64,000 nt of DNA from Mobula birostris (lineage: Eukaryota). The position numbers were made by a program, and so were the translations under genes. The notes under the pieces are model-generated. The model saw only the letters and a program-made list of their open reading frames with translations, searched no databases and had not been told where the DNA came from. Positions within the stretch are counted from its first letter, which is position 1. The number at the start of each line of letters is the position of its first letter. Location: assembly GCF_030028105.1 (NCBI RefSeq), contig NC_092376.1, positions 44,564,935 to 44,628,934 on the forward strand, written 5' to 3'. This document shows positions 13,301 to 26,605 of this stretch, one piece after another.

Positions 13301-16300
13301 AATCTGTCAAGTCCCTGTGTCAGATCAGATGGTCCAAAATCTTTTGGACAAATTGCGTAGCGATGGAGCTGAGCTCCTAATGTTTTTAAATCACATGGAG
13401 AAGATTTCCATTTGTGATATTGAAAAGACAACAGGGGAACTGAATGTTCTATACTCGGTGAAAGCCAAAATCACAGATGCTGACAGGCTGAAACGGAAGC
13501 AATTCCATGCCTCTGTGCTTGATAGTGTAAATAAAAGAAAACAGCTCAGCCAGATACCAGTTCAACAGATCACTTATGCTATGGACATTGAAGATTCTGA
13601 AGGCAACCTTACAACATGGTTGGTCTGCAACAGGTCAGGTTTCTCAAACATGGAGAAAGTTTCAAAGTCTGTTATTTCAGCTCATAAAAATGAAGACATC
13701 ACGCTTTTCCCTCGAGGAGGTGTTGCTGCCTGCGTTAGTCATAATTACAAAAAGCCTCACAGAGCTTTCTGCTTTCTGCCTTTGTCACTAGAAACGGGTT
13801 TACCTGTGCACGTAAATGGACACTTTGCTTTGGATTCAGCAAGGAGGAATTTATGGCGGGATGACAATGGAGTTGGGGTACGCAGTGACTGGAACAATAA
13901 CCTCATGACTACCTTAATCGCTCCTGCCTACGTGGAACTGCTGGTACAGGTACGGAAGCGCTACTTTCTCGGTTCTGACCCAACAATAACCGTCTTGCAA
14001 AACACACCCATTCATGTTATGAAGGATTCTTTAAAAAAATTTCTGACATTCTTTGCAGCCAACAAGCAGGACATACAGCCGGATTGGCATTGCCTTGTGA
14101 GATCCGTATATTGTTGTCTTCATGACGATCTCAAGCGTCTTCTTCCAGTAGTCAGGATACCAAATGCAGACAGTGGAGAACTGCACCCTACAATTTTTAT
14201 TAGCTGGGTGAATACATCAACAGCTAATAGAAACCGGTCGTTCTTTGATAATTTGCTTCAGGATGAGCTGCAGCACATGAAAAGTACAGAATACAACATT
14301 GCAGTACGAAAGACGATTGCTGAAAACGTTTACAGGCTCAGAAATTTATTACTTGATATAGGATTCAACTTGGTTTATAGCTCGGATGAGACTTCCAACA
14401 TTTATCTCTGTTTTCAGGAAGCTGGGATTCCAGTCCACTATGTAACGCCTGCTGATGTCCGAGAGTTCTTGCACACGTTTACATCTCCAGATTCAAGCTG
14501 CCACCTTGGAAAGTTGCCCTGTCGACTACATCAGACTGCACTAAAGCTCTTTCACAATTTGAAACTTCTGGTTGATTACTGCTTCAAAGATTCCGAAGAG
14601 AATGAGATTAGGGTGGAAGGGCTTCCTCTTCTCATTACTCTGGACAATGTCGTGCAGGCTTTTGATGCTAAGCGTCCAAAGTTTCTGACAACTTACCATG
14701 AGTTGATCCCATCCCGTAAAGAGCTATTCATGAACACACTTTATATGAAGTACAATAATATCTTGCTCAACTGCGGTGTTGCAAAAGCTTTTGATATAAA
14801 CAGCTTTGCCGAGCTGCTCTCATTTGTGCTTCCCAGAGATTATAGAACGAGATTTGTTGTGAAATGGAAAGAAAGTTTTGTAAGTGAACCGTGGTTGAAA
14901 AGCTTCTGGCATTTCATCAGTGATGCGATTTCTGTGAAGGAAGGTGAAGCCGAGATTGGGCCAACATTTGAAATGATTGTTGAGACATTGAAGGACTGGG
15001 CTTTGTTGCCTGGTACAAAATTTACTATTTCCAGCAACAAAATGCTGGTACCAGAATGTGATGTTCTAGTACCACTTAGTTTAATGAATGTTTCAATTTT
15101 CCCAACTGGCCAAAATGAAAAGGTTTTCAGTACGCTGATGAAAGCTGGCTGTATTCAATTCGCATTGAATAAAACTTGCTCTAAAGAGAACATATTAGTC
15201 TCACAGTTGGTTTTACACTTGGCAAATGTTGAGAGTCCAACTAGCATTCTGAAGGCTCTCGATTATATGAACCGAACATCAACACTAAGGACAAATAATC
15301 TGAATGACAATGACTTTGATGTGCTTCTGATGTATTTCAATTCCAACTTGAATCAGCTGACTGCTCAAGAAGATGGTAAGATTCTGAAGTCATTGCCTTG
15401 TTACAAGGCCATAAATGGCACCTATATCAGCATCTTAAAATATGGGTCTTGCTTTGTTCTAAGAAAAAACATTCCTCTAGCTGAAATTGAAAGATGGACA
15501 CTGTCTTCTAACTTTGCATTTCTTGCAGACAACCCTCAATTGAAGGACTTGTATAGTTTCCTCAACTGTGTTCCTGTGGATGACCTTGAGGTGTATTTGA
15601 AGCACTTGCTGCCAAAGTTTGATAATCTGACTACTGTGGCTAAGATCGAGCATTTGGTGCATCTGAAGAAAAAGCTTTCCAACCTGGATGAAGGTACGCC
15701 AATCAGACAGCAATTGTTTGATAAACTTGAAGGCCTTGCAATCATTCCTGATTCGTTCAACCGCCTAAAGCCTACAAAGTGTTTCTATGACAGGACAGAA
15801 AATGTTTTTAAAGCAATGTTGCCAGAGAATGCTTTCATTTCTCAAGACTTTTTTCGACGACTGGAACAAGTTGAAAAACCCAAGAACCGTGCTGCATTCC
15901 TCACGTCATGGATAACGTTCTTTCGAAACATTGGACTGAATTACACAGTCTCCCAGCAACAGCTGCTGCAGTTTGCTAAGGACATTGGAGTTCGAGCTCA
16001 GGCAGAGAATTGGTCCAGAGAAACAATACAGAACAAAGTTGACGTTCTATTAAATCATATATTTCAAGAGAGGACTGATCTGTTTACCGGAACCTTTCTT
16101 AAAGACCTCTCGTTGATTTCATTCATCTACCCAGAACGCGCTTCAGCAGAGCTCTTGAAACTTCATCCTCAGTATAAGGAACTAAATGGGACTCTCTCTC
16201 TAATATGTTTCAGTGGAGCTCAAGTCAATCCCAAATTCAAGCAGACTGACGTTATGCAATTATTGTGGACATCATGCCCGGTTCTTCCAGAAAGGGCAAC

Positions 16301-18914
16301 ACCTTTGAGTATTAAGGAGCAGAAAGATAGCAGACTTGATAAACAGCAACAGGTAGAGGAACTTCTAGCAATGTTAAATGTTAGCCTGGATCCCCCACCA
16401 GACAAAGTCATTAGTAACTGCAAAAACATCTGCAACATTCCATCTCCAGAAGATGATATGATTAAAACAAGAGTCAAAGTGTTGCAGAGTACTTATGAAT
16501 TTCTGAATGCAGAAAAGAAAGATTTCCGCTCCCATCTTCGAGGTGTTGCATTTGTTATGGTCGAAGACGGCCGGAAGCTACTTAAACCTGAAGAGGTTGT
16601 CATAAATCTTGAAAATGAGTCTGATTTTAAACCTTACCTGTACAAACTGCCTTTGGAACTTGGCAGCTTCCACCAGTTGTTTAAACTTCTGGGCACAGAA
16701 GATAGCATTTCGACAAAGCAGTATGTCGAGGTACTAGGGCGTATATTTAAAATATCAGAAGGGAAGCAACTGGAACCGAATGAAATGCGAACTGTAAAAA
16801 GGGCTGTGTCCGGACTTTTTAAGAGTCTTCAAAGTGAACCGGTAAGGGTCAGAATTGACTTTGAAAGTCTACGTGAGATAGGTCTTTATCTCCCAAGTCA
16901 TGACGGGAGATTAACAAAGTCAAGCATATTGGTTTTTGATGATGCACCACATTATAAAAGTCGAATGCAGGGGAATGTGGGGATGCTAATGCTGGTGGAT
17001 CTCAGCCAGTGTTATTTGGGAAAAGACCATTCATTTCATACAAAGTTAATCATGCTGCTCCCTTCAAAATTTAGGCCAAGGTTGCTCAGCGGAATCTTGG
17101 AAGAGATCTTAGATGAAGAAACGCCAAAAATATGTCAATTTGGGGCACTTTGTTCACTACAGGGCCGTCTTCAGTTGCTGCTTTCCTCAGAACAGTTTAT
17201 CACAGGCCTTATCCGGATTATGAAGCATGAAAATGACAATGCCTATTTGGCAAACGAAGAAAAAGCTAATCGACTTTGCAAGGCGTTGCGTGAAGGTCTA
17301 AAAGTTTCCTGCTTTGAGAAACTACAGACAAGCCTTCGAATAAAAGGGTGTAGTACCATTCCTCATAGTAAAAGTGAAACGTTGGCATTCCTGAAGAGAT
17401 ATGGAAATGCAGTGATACACTTGTATATCCAGCATGCAGAGGGCAAGGATATTAATTTTCTATTGGCCCTGGCAATGACCCTTAAAACTGCCACTGACAA
17501 CTTGATTTTGGATACTTCCTACCTAATAGCCATGCTTGGCTGCAATGACATCTACAGAATCAATGAAAAACTGGACAACTTAGGTGTGAAGTATGATTCT
17601 TCTACTGAACGTTCAAAACTTGAACTGCCTTTACCAGGCACACCTATACCAGCTGAAATCCATTACTTACTCCTCATGGATCCCTTGAATGTATTCTACC
17701 CAGGTGAATATGTTGGGTATCTTGTCGATGCTGAAGGTGGTGATATATATGGATCATACCAGCCAACGTACACTTATGCCATCATTGTGCAAGAAGTAGA
17801 ACGTGAAGGAGCTGATCATTCCAGCTTTCTGGGAAAGTATTTCCAGATTGACATCGGCTACAGTGAGTACAAAATTGTAAGTTCTCTAGATCTGTACAAG
17901 TTTTCAAGACCTGATGAAAGTTCGCAAGGGAGAGATAGTACACCCACCACTCCTACAAGTCCCACTGAATGCCTTTCTCCAGGCCTCAGGCCGATACCTC
18001 CCCATTTTCCTGGAAGGGAAAGCCATCGAGCACCAACTTCAAAGCACCAGTCTCCAAAGAAGATTAAGCTACATGCCCTGCCTGAAATCCTTCGAGAGGT
18101 CACCTTGGTACTGGAACAGGCTTGGAGACTTCCTGAGTCAGAAAGGAAAAAGATAATACGACGGTTATACCTCAAGTGGCATCCTGATAAAAATGCAGAT
18201 AATCTGGAAATAGCAACTGAAGTCTTCAAGCATGTACAGAATGAAATCAATAGGCTAGAAAAGCAAGGGATAGGCGGTTCTGAATTCAGTACTGACCGAG
18301 CTTCTAGAAGAACCTACTCTTCTTCATCTGCTCGCTTCCAATCAGAAAAGTTTTCATTTCAGAGATTTTACACATCCTGGAATCAGGAAGCAACTAGCCA
18401 TAAATCTGACAGGCAGCATTTTAAAGCCAGATTTGCTTCAGCTCCAGGTTCGTCTCATTCTTCACGGTTTTTTGTGCCCCCAACCTTCAAAACTGTGGGC
18501 AACCCCATTGAGGCACGAAGATGGCTCAGGCAAGCACGAGCAAACTTCTCTGCAGCTAGAAATGACCTGCACAAAAATGCTAATGAGTGGGTATGTTTCA
18601 AGTGCTACTTGGCAGCAAAGCTTGCTTTGATATCAGCTGAATATGCAGTTAAGGGGAAGTCTGACAAAGACGTCAAACCAGCTGCACTTGCACATAAAGT
18701 GGAGGAATACAGCCAAAGTCTGGCAGGACTTGCAGCAGATGTAAATACTCTGGAAGCATATGGTGTGGATGGATTGAGAACCCGGTATCCAGATCTCCTC
18801 CCCTTTCCTCTAATTCCAAATGATAAATTCACTACGGATGTTGCAATGAGAGTGATGGAATGCACTGCACGGATCATCATAAAACTTGAAAACTTCATTC
18901 AACAAAAATTGTAA
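7351..18914 (+). CDS. SACS: Sacsin, giant terminal coding exon (partial CDS; upstream exons lie outside the window)
   Basis: Uninterrupted ORF starting (G)[22 protein letters not shown]. It has two HSP90-like sacsin-repeat ATPase modules ([40 protein letters not shown] ~9520-9870; [31 protein letters not shown] ~12730-13060), a DnaJ domain with HPD (~18180) and a C-terminal HEPN domain ([23 protein letters not shown]). TAA stop at 18912-18914. Confidence 0.98.
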
Positions 18915-20889
18915 GGTTACAATTGGTAAGGTTAGGAAACACATAGGCATTAATCTGGACAACAGTTAACACAAACAGAAGCATTATGTCATCTAGGATG
19001 AATCAAGGATATCTTATCCTTCTGTAAACGTAGCTCTCATGAAATGTTCATGTAGTCTTGTTAAATTAACTTTGTTTCATGAATTAAAACTGAAAACATA
19101 GCACAACACTTGTTGCAATAGTTCTGAGCCAGTTGCCCTTTCTAAATGGCCAAAAACTCTTTTACTTATGCACCAGATCATAACCAGTTTGCCACCTGCA
19201 AGCTCTATATATGAAATGCTTCAAAAAAATGCAAAGAATTCTTCGTAAAGAATTAAAATGAATTAGATGTCCAGCGAGCTATCCTCCAAATGAGTGTCAT
19301 GATTAGTTCAATGCCCCGCATAATATTTAAAACTTTCATTAAGACCAACATTTTCACCTCTAAACCATACGTAATATACTGAATAAATAGTTTTTTGTAT
19401 GAAGTCGTTTCATATTCAGTCAATTTATCAATTTGATTATTATCCTGCTCACACTCGTAAACATTTTAGTGATTAAACCCGCTCAAAGTTTCCTTTGCAC
19501 TTTTTGGACAATATGGAAACCTGTATATACACACCAATATGATTTGAAGGCATTCCTTTCAAGTAACTGTTTTGCTTTGAGAGAGAGGTTTTTCGTAAAA
19601 GATGATAGTCCCACTTTAACTTCAAATTTAACATTAAATTTCTTTCAATGCATTTGGCTAAGCATGATCAAGGTAAGCCGTTTCGTGTATCAGTGCTGAA
19701 ACCCTGTGATCTTTTCATGCATCTTCATCAGCTGGAGCAGTGCAGACCAGGGTAAAGCTGAACTTTACGTAGCTGCTGGAATTGAGCTACTGTTCCGATA
19801 GAAGTATGGACAGGCTTACTTTCCTTAATTTTAATGCCTTAAGTACATGCAACAGATTATAGTAACTTGCACTAGATGAATCCAAGAAGTTACTTAACCT
19901 ATCTCCTTTGCGGGGAAAGGAGAGGGTTAAGATTTAAGTTGTTTTCTCAATGCTTGCAATTGAAGTACCAATGGCTGTTACTAAGTAAGTATCTTTTGCC
20001 AAGTATATATACAATAGAAATCTTGAAATAAACATCCTACACAGTTGAAATCTTGACACATTCTATGAGCATTCACAAAACACAGACTGGGTCTAAACAT
20101 TGGTCTACAAGTATATATATCACACCATAGTTTTACAGAATAAATGAAATGTTTGCAAACTATCACAGGTTTGAAACCTGAAGGTTCTATTTAATTGTAT
20201 AATAAGAAATCATTTTATATATGCATTATTGTGCAATATTTTTGTTTAAGATATTTGAGTACTTCCTGACAATAACAAAAAAATTGTTCACTGAATCAAC
20301 AATGAGGTGTAATGGACTGATGTATTTTTGACTACTTTGCATGACATTTTCATAGTCAGTTTCTGCTATTCATTGTGCAGATGATGTGTGTGTTTAATGT
20401 ATTTTTGGTTTTGATTTTATATTATTGTGTTTTAGTGAACAGATGGCAGAGGTGCTGATCTGCAGAACACTTCTATATTTTTAATGTATTTCCTGTATTT
20501 TATTTAATGTTTCTCATTTTTCTAGAAGAGATGGGATAACTTGGTTGTTATCAGTGTATTCATACTGAATGTAATAACAGGATTCTGCTTTTTAGCTTTC
20601 TATGCAAATCAGTAATTAGGATTTTTATTTGGCACCCTGATACATTGATTTAAATATATTTCAGTGGTGGGAAAGCTGAAAACAATAATTAGAGTTTCTT
20701 TTCACTAATATTGAGTACTGTTCAGCATTTCTGCAAAAAGGTCACTTGTATTTTTTTTCTGTTGAAAAAGGTAGCTTCTTCTCAAGATCATTTTTTTTTC
20801 CCAAGCCAAGTCAAAGTAATATACAAACACCATTCACTTAATTTTGATTCACTGCTTCTTTTTGGAGCTCCATATATGTTCTTTCATGC

Positions 20890-21105
20890 AAAACATACAA
20901 AATGCTGAAGGAACTCAACAGGTCAGGGAGATCAACGGAGAGGAATAAAGAGCTGAAGTTTTGGGCCAAGGTCGATGAAGGGTCTTGGCCCGAAACATCG
21001 GCTCTTTTCTCCTCTCCATAGATGTTACCTGATCTGCTGAGTTCTTTCATCATTTTGTGTCTGTTTTTCTGCATTTTCAGCATCTGCAGAATTTCTTATG
21101 TTTTT
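20890..21105. repeat. Two Penelope-associated repeats in inverted orientation within the probable 3'UTR
   Basis: catacaaaatgctgaaggaactcaacaggtcagg... (one orientation) abuts gatgaagggtcttggcccgaaacatcgg...cctgatctgctgagttctttcatcattttgtgt (opposite orientation). Confidence 0.8.
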
Positions 21106-21761
21106 GTTGCATGCAGAATTTTCTCACTGATCTAATCCTATTGTTACATTCCCTTCGAGGAAATACTTGTTTTTAAAAACTCGATTTTCCTTATACAAGC
21201 GAGGCACATTTGGACACTTATCTCTGACCAAGCACAATATTCCATAACAACAACAGTTCACTGGTTTATGAGAACACTTGTAATACCCATGCAATTTTTC
21301 TACACTATTTGAAGACAAAAGGCTTTCAGCATTATAATTATTTTCTTGTACTTTTCTTAATTTTATATGCTTGTGTTAGAGTTTTAGAATGTTGCCATCT
21401 CAGCTATATTAACTAATTCATCATGACTTTATGCAGAAATATGTGTTCAGTACTCAAAATTTTGAAACAGAGAGGACTGTGTAGCTAGTTAACTGTCAAT
21501 GTTTCTTTGATACACATCAGCAACTTCAGTGCCATTTAGGAATATGATCACATGTCGTACATACTGTCTTAATTGATTTTGCTGTTGTGTATATATTTGA
21601 CAGAACTGTTACTGCAAGACTATGGTGTGACATTTACTAGCAGCAGGTAATCTGGGCATAGACTGCTGCGATAAATGTATTTTTGAGAAGTGATTATAGT
21701 ACTGCTCATGAATTTGGAGCAGTGTAGCTCTGTCAGCTGATGTACCAAGTTTCACAACTAC

Positions 21762-21767
21762 AATAAA
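21762..21767 (+). terminator. Candidate distal polyadenylation signal of SACS
   Basis: acaactacAATAAAgcaacttcagtatatatgtgtc; a more proximal AATAAA also occurs at 19382. Confidence 0.55.
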
Positions 21768-21856
21768 GCAACTTCAGTATATATGTGTCATCATTACTGT
21801 AATTGTTACAATAGTTATAGTTACGGTATTGTTGTATTATTGGTTCATTCCTGAAC

Positions 21857-21955
21857 CAATGAAGGGTCTCGGCCGGCAATGTCGACTATTTATCCATTTC
21901 TATAGATGCTGCCTAACCTGCTGATTTCCTCCGGCATTTTGTGTGTGTTGCTTTG
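21857..21955 (+). repeat. Penelope-associated short repeat
   Basis: atgaagggtctcggccggcaatgtcgact...tagatgctgcctaacctgctgatttcctccggcattttgtgtgtgttgc. Confidence 0.75.
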
Positions 21956-22290
21956 GTTTATTAATGCCACATGTACCAAGATGCAGTGAAAAGGTTGTCT
22001 TGTGTACTGTTCATACAGATCAAATCATTACACAAGGCATTGAGCTAGAATAAGTAAAACAATAGCAATGCAGAATAAAGTGTAAAAGCTACTGGGAAAA
22101 AGTGCAGTGCAGGTAAATGATAAAGTATAAAGTCATCACATGTAAGATTGTGAGGCCAAGGATCTGTCTGATTCTACAAGAAGTCCATTCAAGAGTCTGA
22201 TAACAGTGAGACAGAAGCTGTCCTTGAGCCTGGTGGTACATACTTTTAGGCTTCTGTCTGATGGGAGAGGGTAAAAGAGAGAATATCGAG
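21956..22290 (-). mobile_element. Rex1/Babar-like LINE 3' fragment
   Basis: Minus strand encodes a ...TTRLKDSFCLTVIRLLN-type C-terminus (gtccattcaagagtctgataacagtgagacagaagctgtccttgagcctggtgg). Confidence 0.55.
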
Positions 22291-22294
22291 GAGG

Positions 22295-22520
22295 AGGGGA
22301 ACTTTCTCTGTAACTCAGGTCCTCAAGTACTGTACTGGCAACATCCTTGGAAATATTCGCTGTGCTCTTAAAATCTTTTTAATATCTTTCCTGTAGGTAG
22401 GTGGTGAGAACTGCACAGCACATTTCAAATTCAGCCTCACCAACATCGTATGGAACTGCAACATAACATCCCAAATGCTGTGTTCATCACTTTGATGGAT
22501 CATGGCTAATGTAGCAGCAT
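22295..22520 (-). mobile_element. CR1 ORF2 C-terminal fragment
   Basis: ORF 22315-22587: LVRLNLKCAVQFSPPTYRKDIKKILRAQRIFPRMLP, a degenerate LVRPHLEYCVQFWSP. Confidence 0.75.
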
Positions 22521-22739
22521 GTGCAAGAAGTGTCTCTGCTTTTGACTTTTTATCATGATGACAGTGCTCAACCAATGCTGAATGCAATTTATTGTATTAC
22601 AGCATATGAACAAACACAAACTTGTGAGCACTAATACCAGCTGAAGTGAACTGGTACTATAAAATGCTCTTCTTGCCCCCTCACAGAGCAGTTGGTCATT
22701 GTCTGTGCCTGCTAGCTGAAGTCACTGCACGAATGTAGA

Positions 22740-23185
22740 GGAGATGGTAGAAGTCAGTGTGATCACATGGCTAGTTTTGAGGATAAGGTAAAGGATGGAG
22801 TGGCCCTCAATGGAAAAGGCTTGGGCAAGACAGAATTTGTTAGATGCAGCCAGGAGGATTTCTTCAAGCAATATGTAGACAGTCTAACTAAGAAAGGGTT
22901 GTGCTAGACCTTATACTGAGAAATGAACCTGGCTGGGAAGCAAAGTTTTAGAAGCAGAACCTTTTGGGAACAATGGTTATTAAGATAACTCCAGATTAAC
23001 TGGAGGAAACCTAATTACAACAGTATTAGACAGGAACTGGGGTGAATAGATTGGGAGAGGCTGTTTGGAGATAAATCCACCAATGTCATGTTGGGATCTT
23101 GTAAACAGCAGCTGTTTGAAATTCAGGAGCAGCATGTTCCTGTCACAGTGAGAGATAAAGTAGGCAATTTTGTTGGATCTGGAGA
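22740..23185 (+). mobile_element. CR1 ORF2 endonuclease-region fragment
   Basis: gaatttgttagatgcagccaggaggatttcttcaagcaatatgtagacagtctaact...ctagaccttatactgagaaatgaacctgg (EFVRC..FKQYVD..LDLILRNEP). Confidence 0.7.
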
Positions 23186-24255
23186 TATTGTGATCCAGAA
23201 GGCTCTTCGGAAACCAAGAATGAGATTAAAAAAAGCTTAAGGTATAACAGTTTTATTAGGTGTTTACAACAAGAAAATAACAATAACTCAATCAACTATA
23301 AGGGAGAGATTAATTACACACGAACAAATGATTATATTAAAACAAGCACAAATAAAGTTAAACAACAAGAAAAATAACAATTTAGACAAATCCAACAATT
23401 TTAAATGATCCACAACATCCTGTTCAATGAAAATTCTGGCTTCTTCACTTGATGCAATAGACTTTAAAAATGTATTTTATGCTGCATAGGTATTTCTATA
23501 GAATAATTAATTCCTGAACGTAAAAGCTCTACTTGAGCTCCACTTGCATTGACTGTTGAGATACAAGTAGCCCTGAACAAATTATCTTTCCCAAAGATTC
23601 ATCATACAGAGTTGTAGATCCCGAGGTGATTAATCTGTGTTTTAAATTAAGCTGCAATTTATCAACAATATATTGTTCAAAAAAAGGTGGATATAATGGT
23701 CATGTCTTTTTGAATCAATTTCTTCTTACACTAAGCTGTGGAAATATCTCTTTGATGTTGGTAGATAGGTGATATTGTAGAACTCCATCAACATTTCTGG
23801 CAGAATGTCCATCCGAACTTCTAGACAATGTTTTTTCAAATAAATATGCAGTTTATCTTGATAATCTTCCTTGAGGTAAGCAGAAATAAATTCCCACTGT
23901 TTTGCCTTTGAGTTTCCTCTTTTTATGTTGCACAGAGGCCAACATTTTCTCTGGATTTTTAGCTTTACGAGACTCTCTGATTTCAATGTTATTGTTCTCC
24001 TTACTTGTCAGCTTCTGAGGATTCTACAATATTCACTGGTGGAGGTGAACCCATAAAATTTCTGAAAGATGATTTAACAAAGTTTGGAAGTCTCCTTATT
24101 TGATTGATGAACTTTTTCTTTACATTAAATTCTATTTTTTTTCAACATTGAGTGCATACAAGGAAATTGACTCATTGTTTTAACCATGGTGGAATCAGCT
24201 TTGGAGCAGTTGGAATGAATGCTTCAATTGAATTCTGACAAAAATATGATAAGGC

Positions 24256-26416
24256 CATAAGACAAAGGAGCAGAATTCGGCCATTCGGCCCATCAAGCCT
24301 GCTCTGCCATTTTATCATAAGCTGATCCATTCTCCCATTTAGTCTCATTCCCCCGCCTTCTCACCATAACCTCTTATGTCCTGGCTACTCAGATACCTGT
24401 CCATCTCTGCCTTAAATACACCCAATAACTTGGCCTCCACTGCCGCCCGTGGAAACAAATTCCATAGATTCACCACCCTCTGCTAAAAAAATTTCTTCGC
24501 ATCTCTGTTCTGAATAGGTGCCCTTCAATCCACAAGTCATGCCCTCTCGTACTAGACTCCTCCACCATGGGAAACAATTTTGCCACATCCACTCTGTCCA
24601 TACCATTCAACATTTGAAATGTTTCTATGAGGTCCCCCCCCCCCCCATTCTTCTAAACTCCAAGGAATACAGTCCAAGAGCTGACAAACGTTCCTCATAT
24701 GTTAACCCTCTCATTCCCGGAATCATTCTAGTGAATCTTCTCTGAACCCTCTCCAATGTCAGCACATCCTTTCTTAAATAAGGAGCCCAAAACTGCCCAC
24801 AGTACTCCAAGTGAGGTCTTACCAGTGCCTTATAGAGCTTCAACATCACATCCCTGCTCCTATACTCTATTCCTCTAGAAATGAATGCCAATATTGCATT
24901 TGCCTTCTTCACCACTGACTCAACCTGGAGGTTAACCTTAAGGGTATTCTGCACGAGGACTCCCAAGTCCCGTTGCATCTCAGAACTTTGAATTCTCTCC
25001 CTATTTAAATAATAGACTGCCCATTTATTTCTTTGACCAAAGTGCATAACCATACACTTCACAACATTGTATTTCATTTGCCACTTCTTTGCCCATTCTC
25101 CCAATCTATTGAAGACTCTCTGTTTCCTCAGCACTACCGGCCCCTCCACCTGTCTAGTGATTCTTGAAAGAGAATTACTAATGCCTCCATGATCTCTTCA
25201 GCTACCTCTTTCAGAACTCTGGGGTATATACAGTCTGGTCCAGGTGATTAATCTACCTTCAGACCTTACAGTTTCCCAAGAACCTTCTCTCTAGTTATGG
25301 TAACTTCACACTCTTAATGCCCCCAGACACTTTGAACTTCCACCATATTGCTAGTGTTTTTTACAGTGAAAATTGATGCAGAATACTTAGTCAGCTTGTC
25401 TGCTATTTTGTTGTCCCCCATTACTATCTCTCCAGCATCATTTTCCAGCAGGCAGATATCCATTCTTGCTTCTCTTTAACAATTAAAGTATCTGAAGAAA
25501 CTTTTGGTATTGTCTTTAATATTATTGGCTATTATTATTCATATTCCATCTTTACCTTCCTAATGACTTTTTTAGTTGCCTTCTGTTGGTTTTTAAAATC
25601 TTCCCAGTCCTCTAACTTCTCACTAATCTTTGCTCTGTTATATGCCCTCTCTCTGGCTTTTATGTTAGCTTTGACTTCTCTTGTTAGCCATGGTTGCATC
25701 ATCATTCCTTTGAATACTTCTTTCTCTTAGGGATGTGTGTATCCTGTGCCTTCCAAATTGCTTGCAGAAATTCCAGCCATTGCTGCTCTGTAGTCACCCC
25801 TGCCAGTGTTCTTTTCCAATCAGTTTTGGCCAGCTCCTCTCTCCTGCCTCTGTAATTCCCTTTACTCCACGGCAATACTGACACATCTGACTTTAACTTC
25901 TCCTTCTCAAATTTCAGGGTGAATTTGGTCATATTATGATCACTGCCCCTAAGGGTGCTTTTTCCTTAAGCTCTCTAATCAATTCTGGTTCATTGCACAA
26001 CACCCAATCCGGAATAGCTCATTCCCTAATGGGCTCAATCACAAATTGCTGTAAAAAGCTATCTCATAGGCACTCTAGAAATTCTCCCTCCTGGAATCCA
26101 GCACCATCCTGATTTTCCCAATCTACCTGCATATTGAAGTCCTCCATGACTATTATAACATTGGCCTTTTTGCAGGCATTTTCTATCTCCAGTTTTAATT
26201 TGTAGGCCACATCCTTACTACCGTTTGGGGGTCTGTATACAACTCCCATCAGGGTCTTTTTACCCTTGCAGTTCTTTAGCTCTATCCACAGTAGGACCAC
26301 AAGACCATGACATTGGAGCAGAATTAGGCCATTCAGCTCACTGAGTCTCCTCTGCTATTCCATCATGGCTGAATCCGGATCCCATTCAATCCCATACACC
26401 TGCCTTCTCACCATAA
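24256..26416 (-). mobile_element. CR1 LINE, internally deleted, plus an extra CR1 3' tail at 26320-26416
   Basis: ORF 24625-25149 (WAKKWQMKYN..LVRPHLEYCGQFWAP) and ORF 26064-26300 (GVVYRPPN..EDFN, endonuclease); RT core missing at ~25150. Confidence 0.9.
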
Positions 26417-26572
26417 CAGCATTTTGGACAGATTTATGATTGATTAGCTTCTTCATATTTAGCTCCAATATCTTCTTATGTTCCTATTTGTCAGCTCAGT
26501 TTACTAGACCATACACCACTGGCATAAATATGCTGACAGAGATGATTCAGGATAGTGTGAATGAACCAGAAA

Positions 26573-26605
<33 letters not shown>
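26573..26605. repeat. (TG)n(TA)n microsatellite
   Basis: tgtgtgtgtgtatatatatatatatatatatat. Confidence 0.95.

Larger units (their letters stand above)
18915..21790 (+). other. SACS: Probable SACS 3'UTR
   Basis: AT-rich, largely repeat-free sequence after the stop, ending at AATAAA (21762) followed by GT/T-rich sequence; dense transposon debris starts right after. Confidence 0.6.

Noticed and set aside
7526-18898. Many short antisense and alternate-frame ORFs within SACS
   Set aside because: These are shadows of a long coding exon with no recognisable motifs.
18500-18914. HEPN domain as a toxin/RNase or defence-system nuclease
   Set aside because: It is the normal sacsin C-terminus. I see no R-x4-H catalytic motif, and the context is a vertebrate gene.
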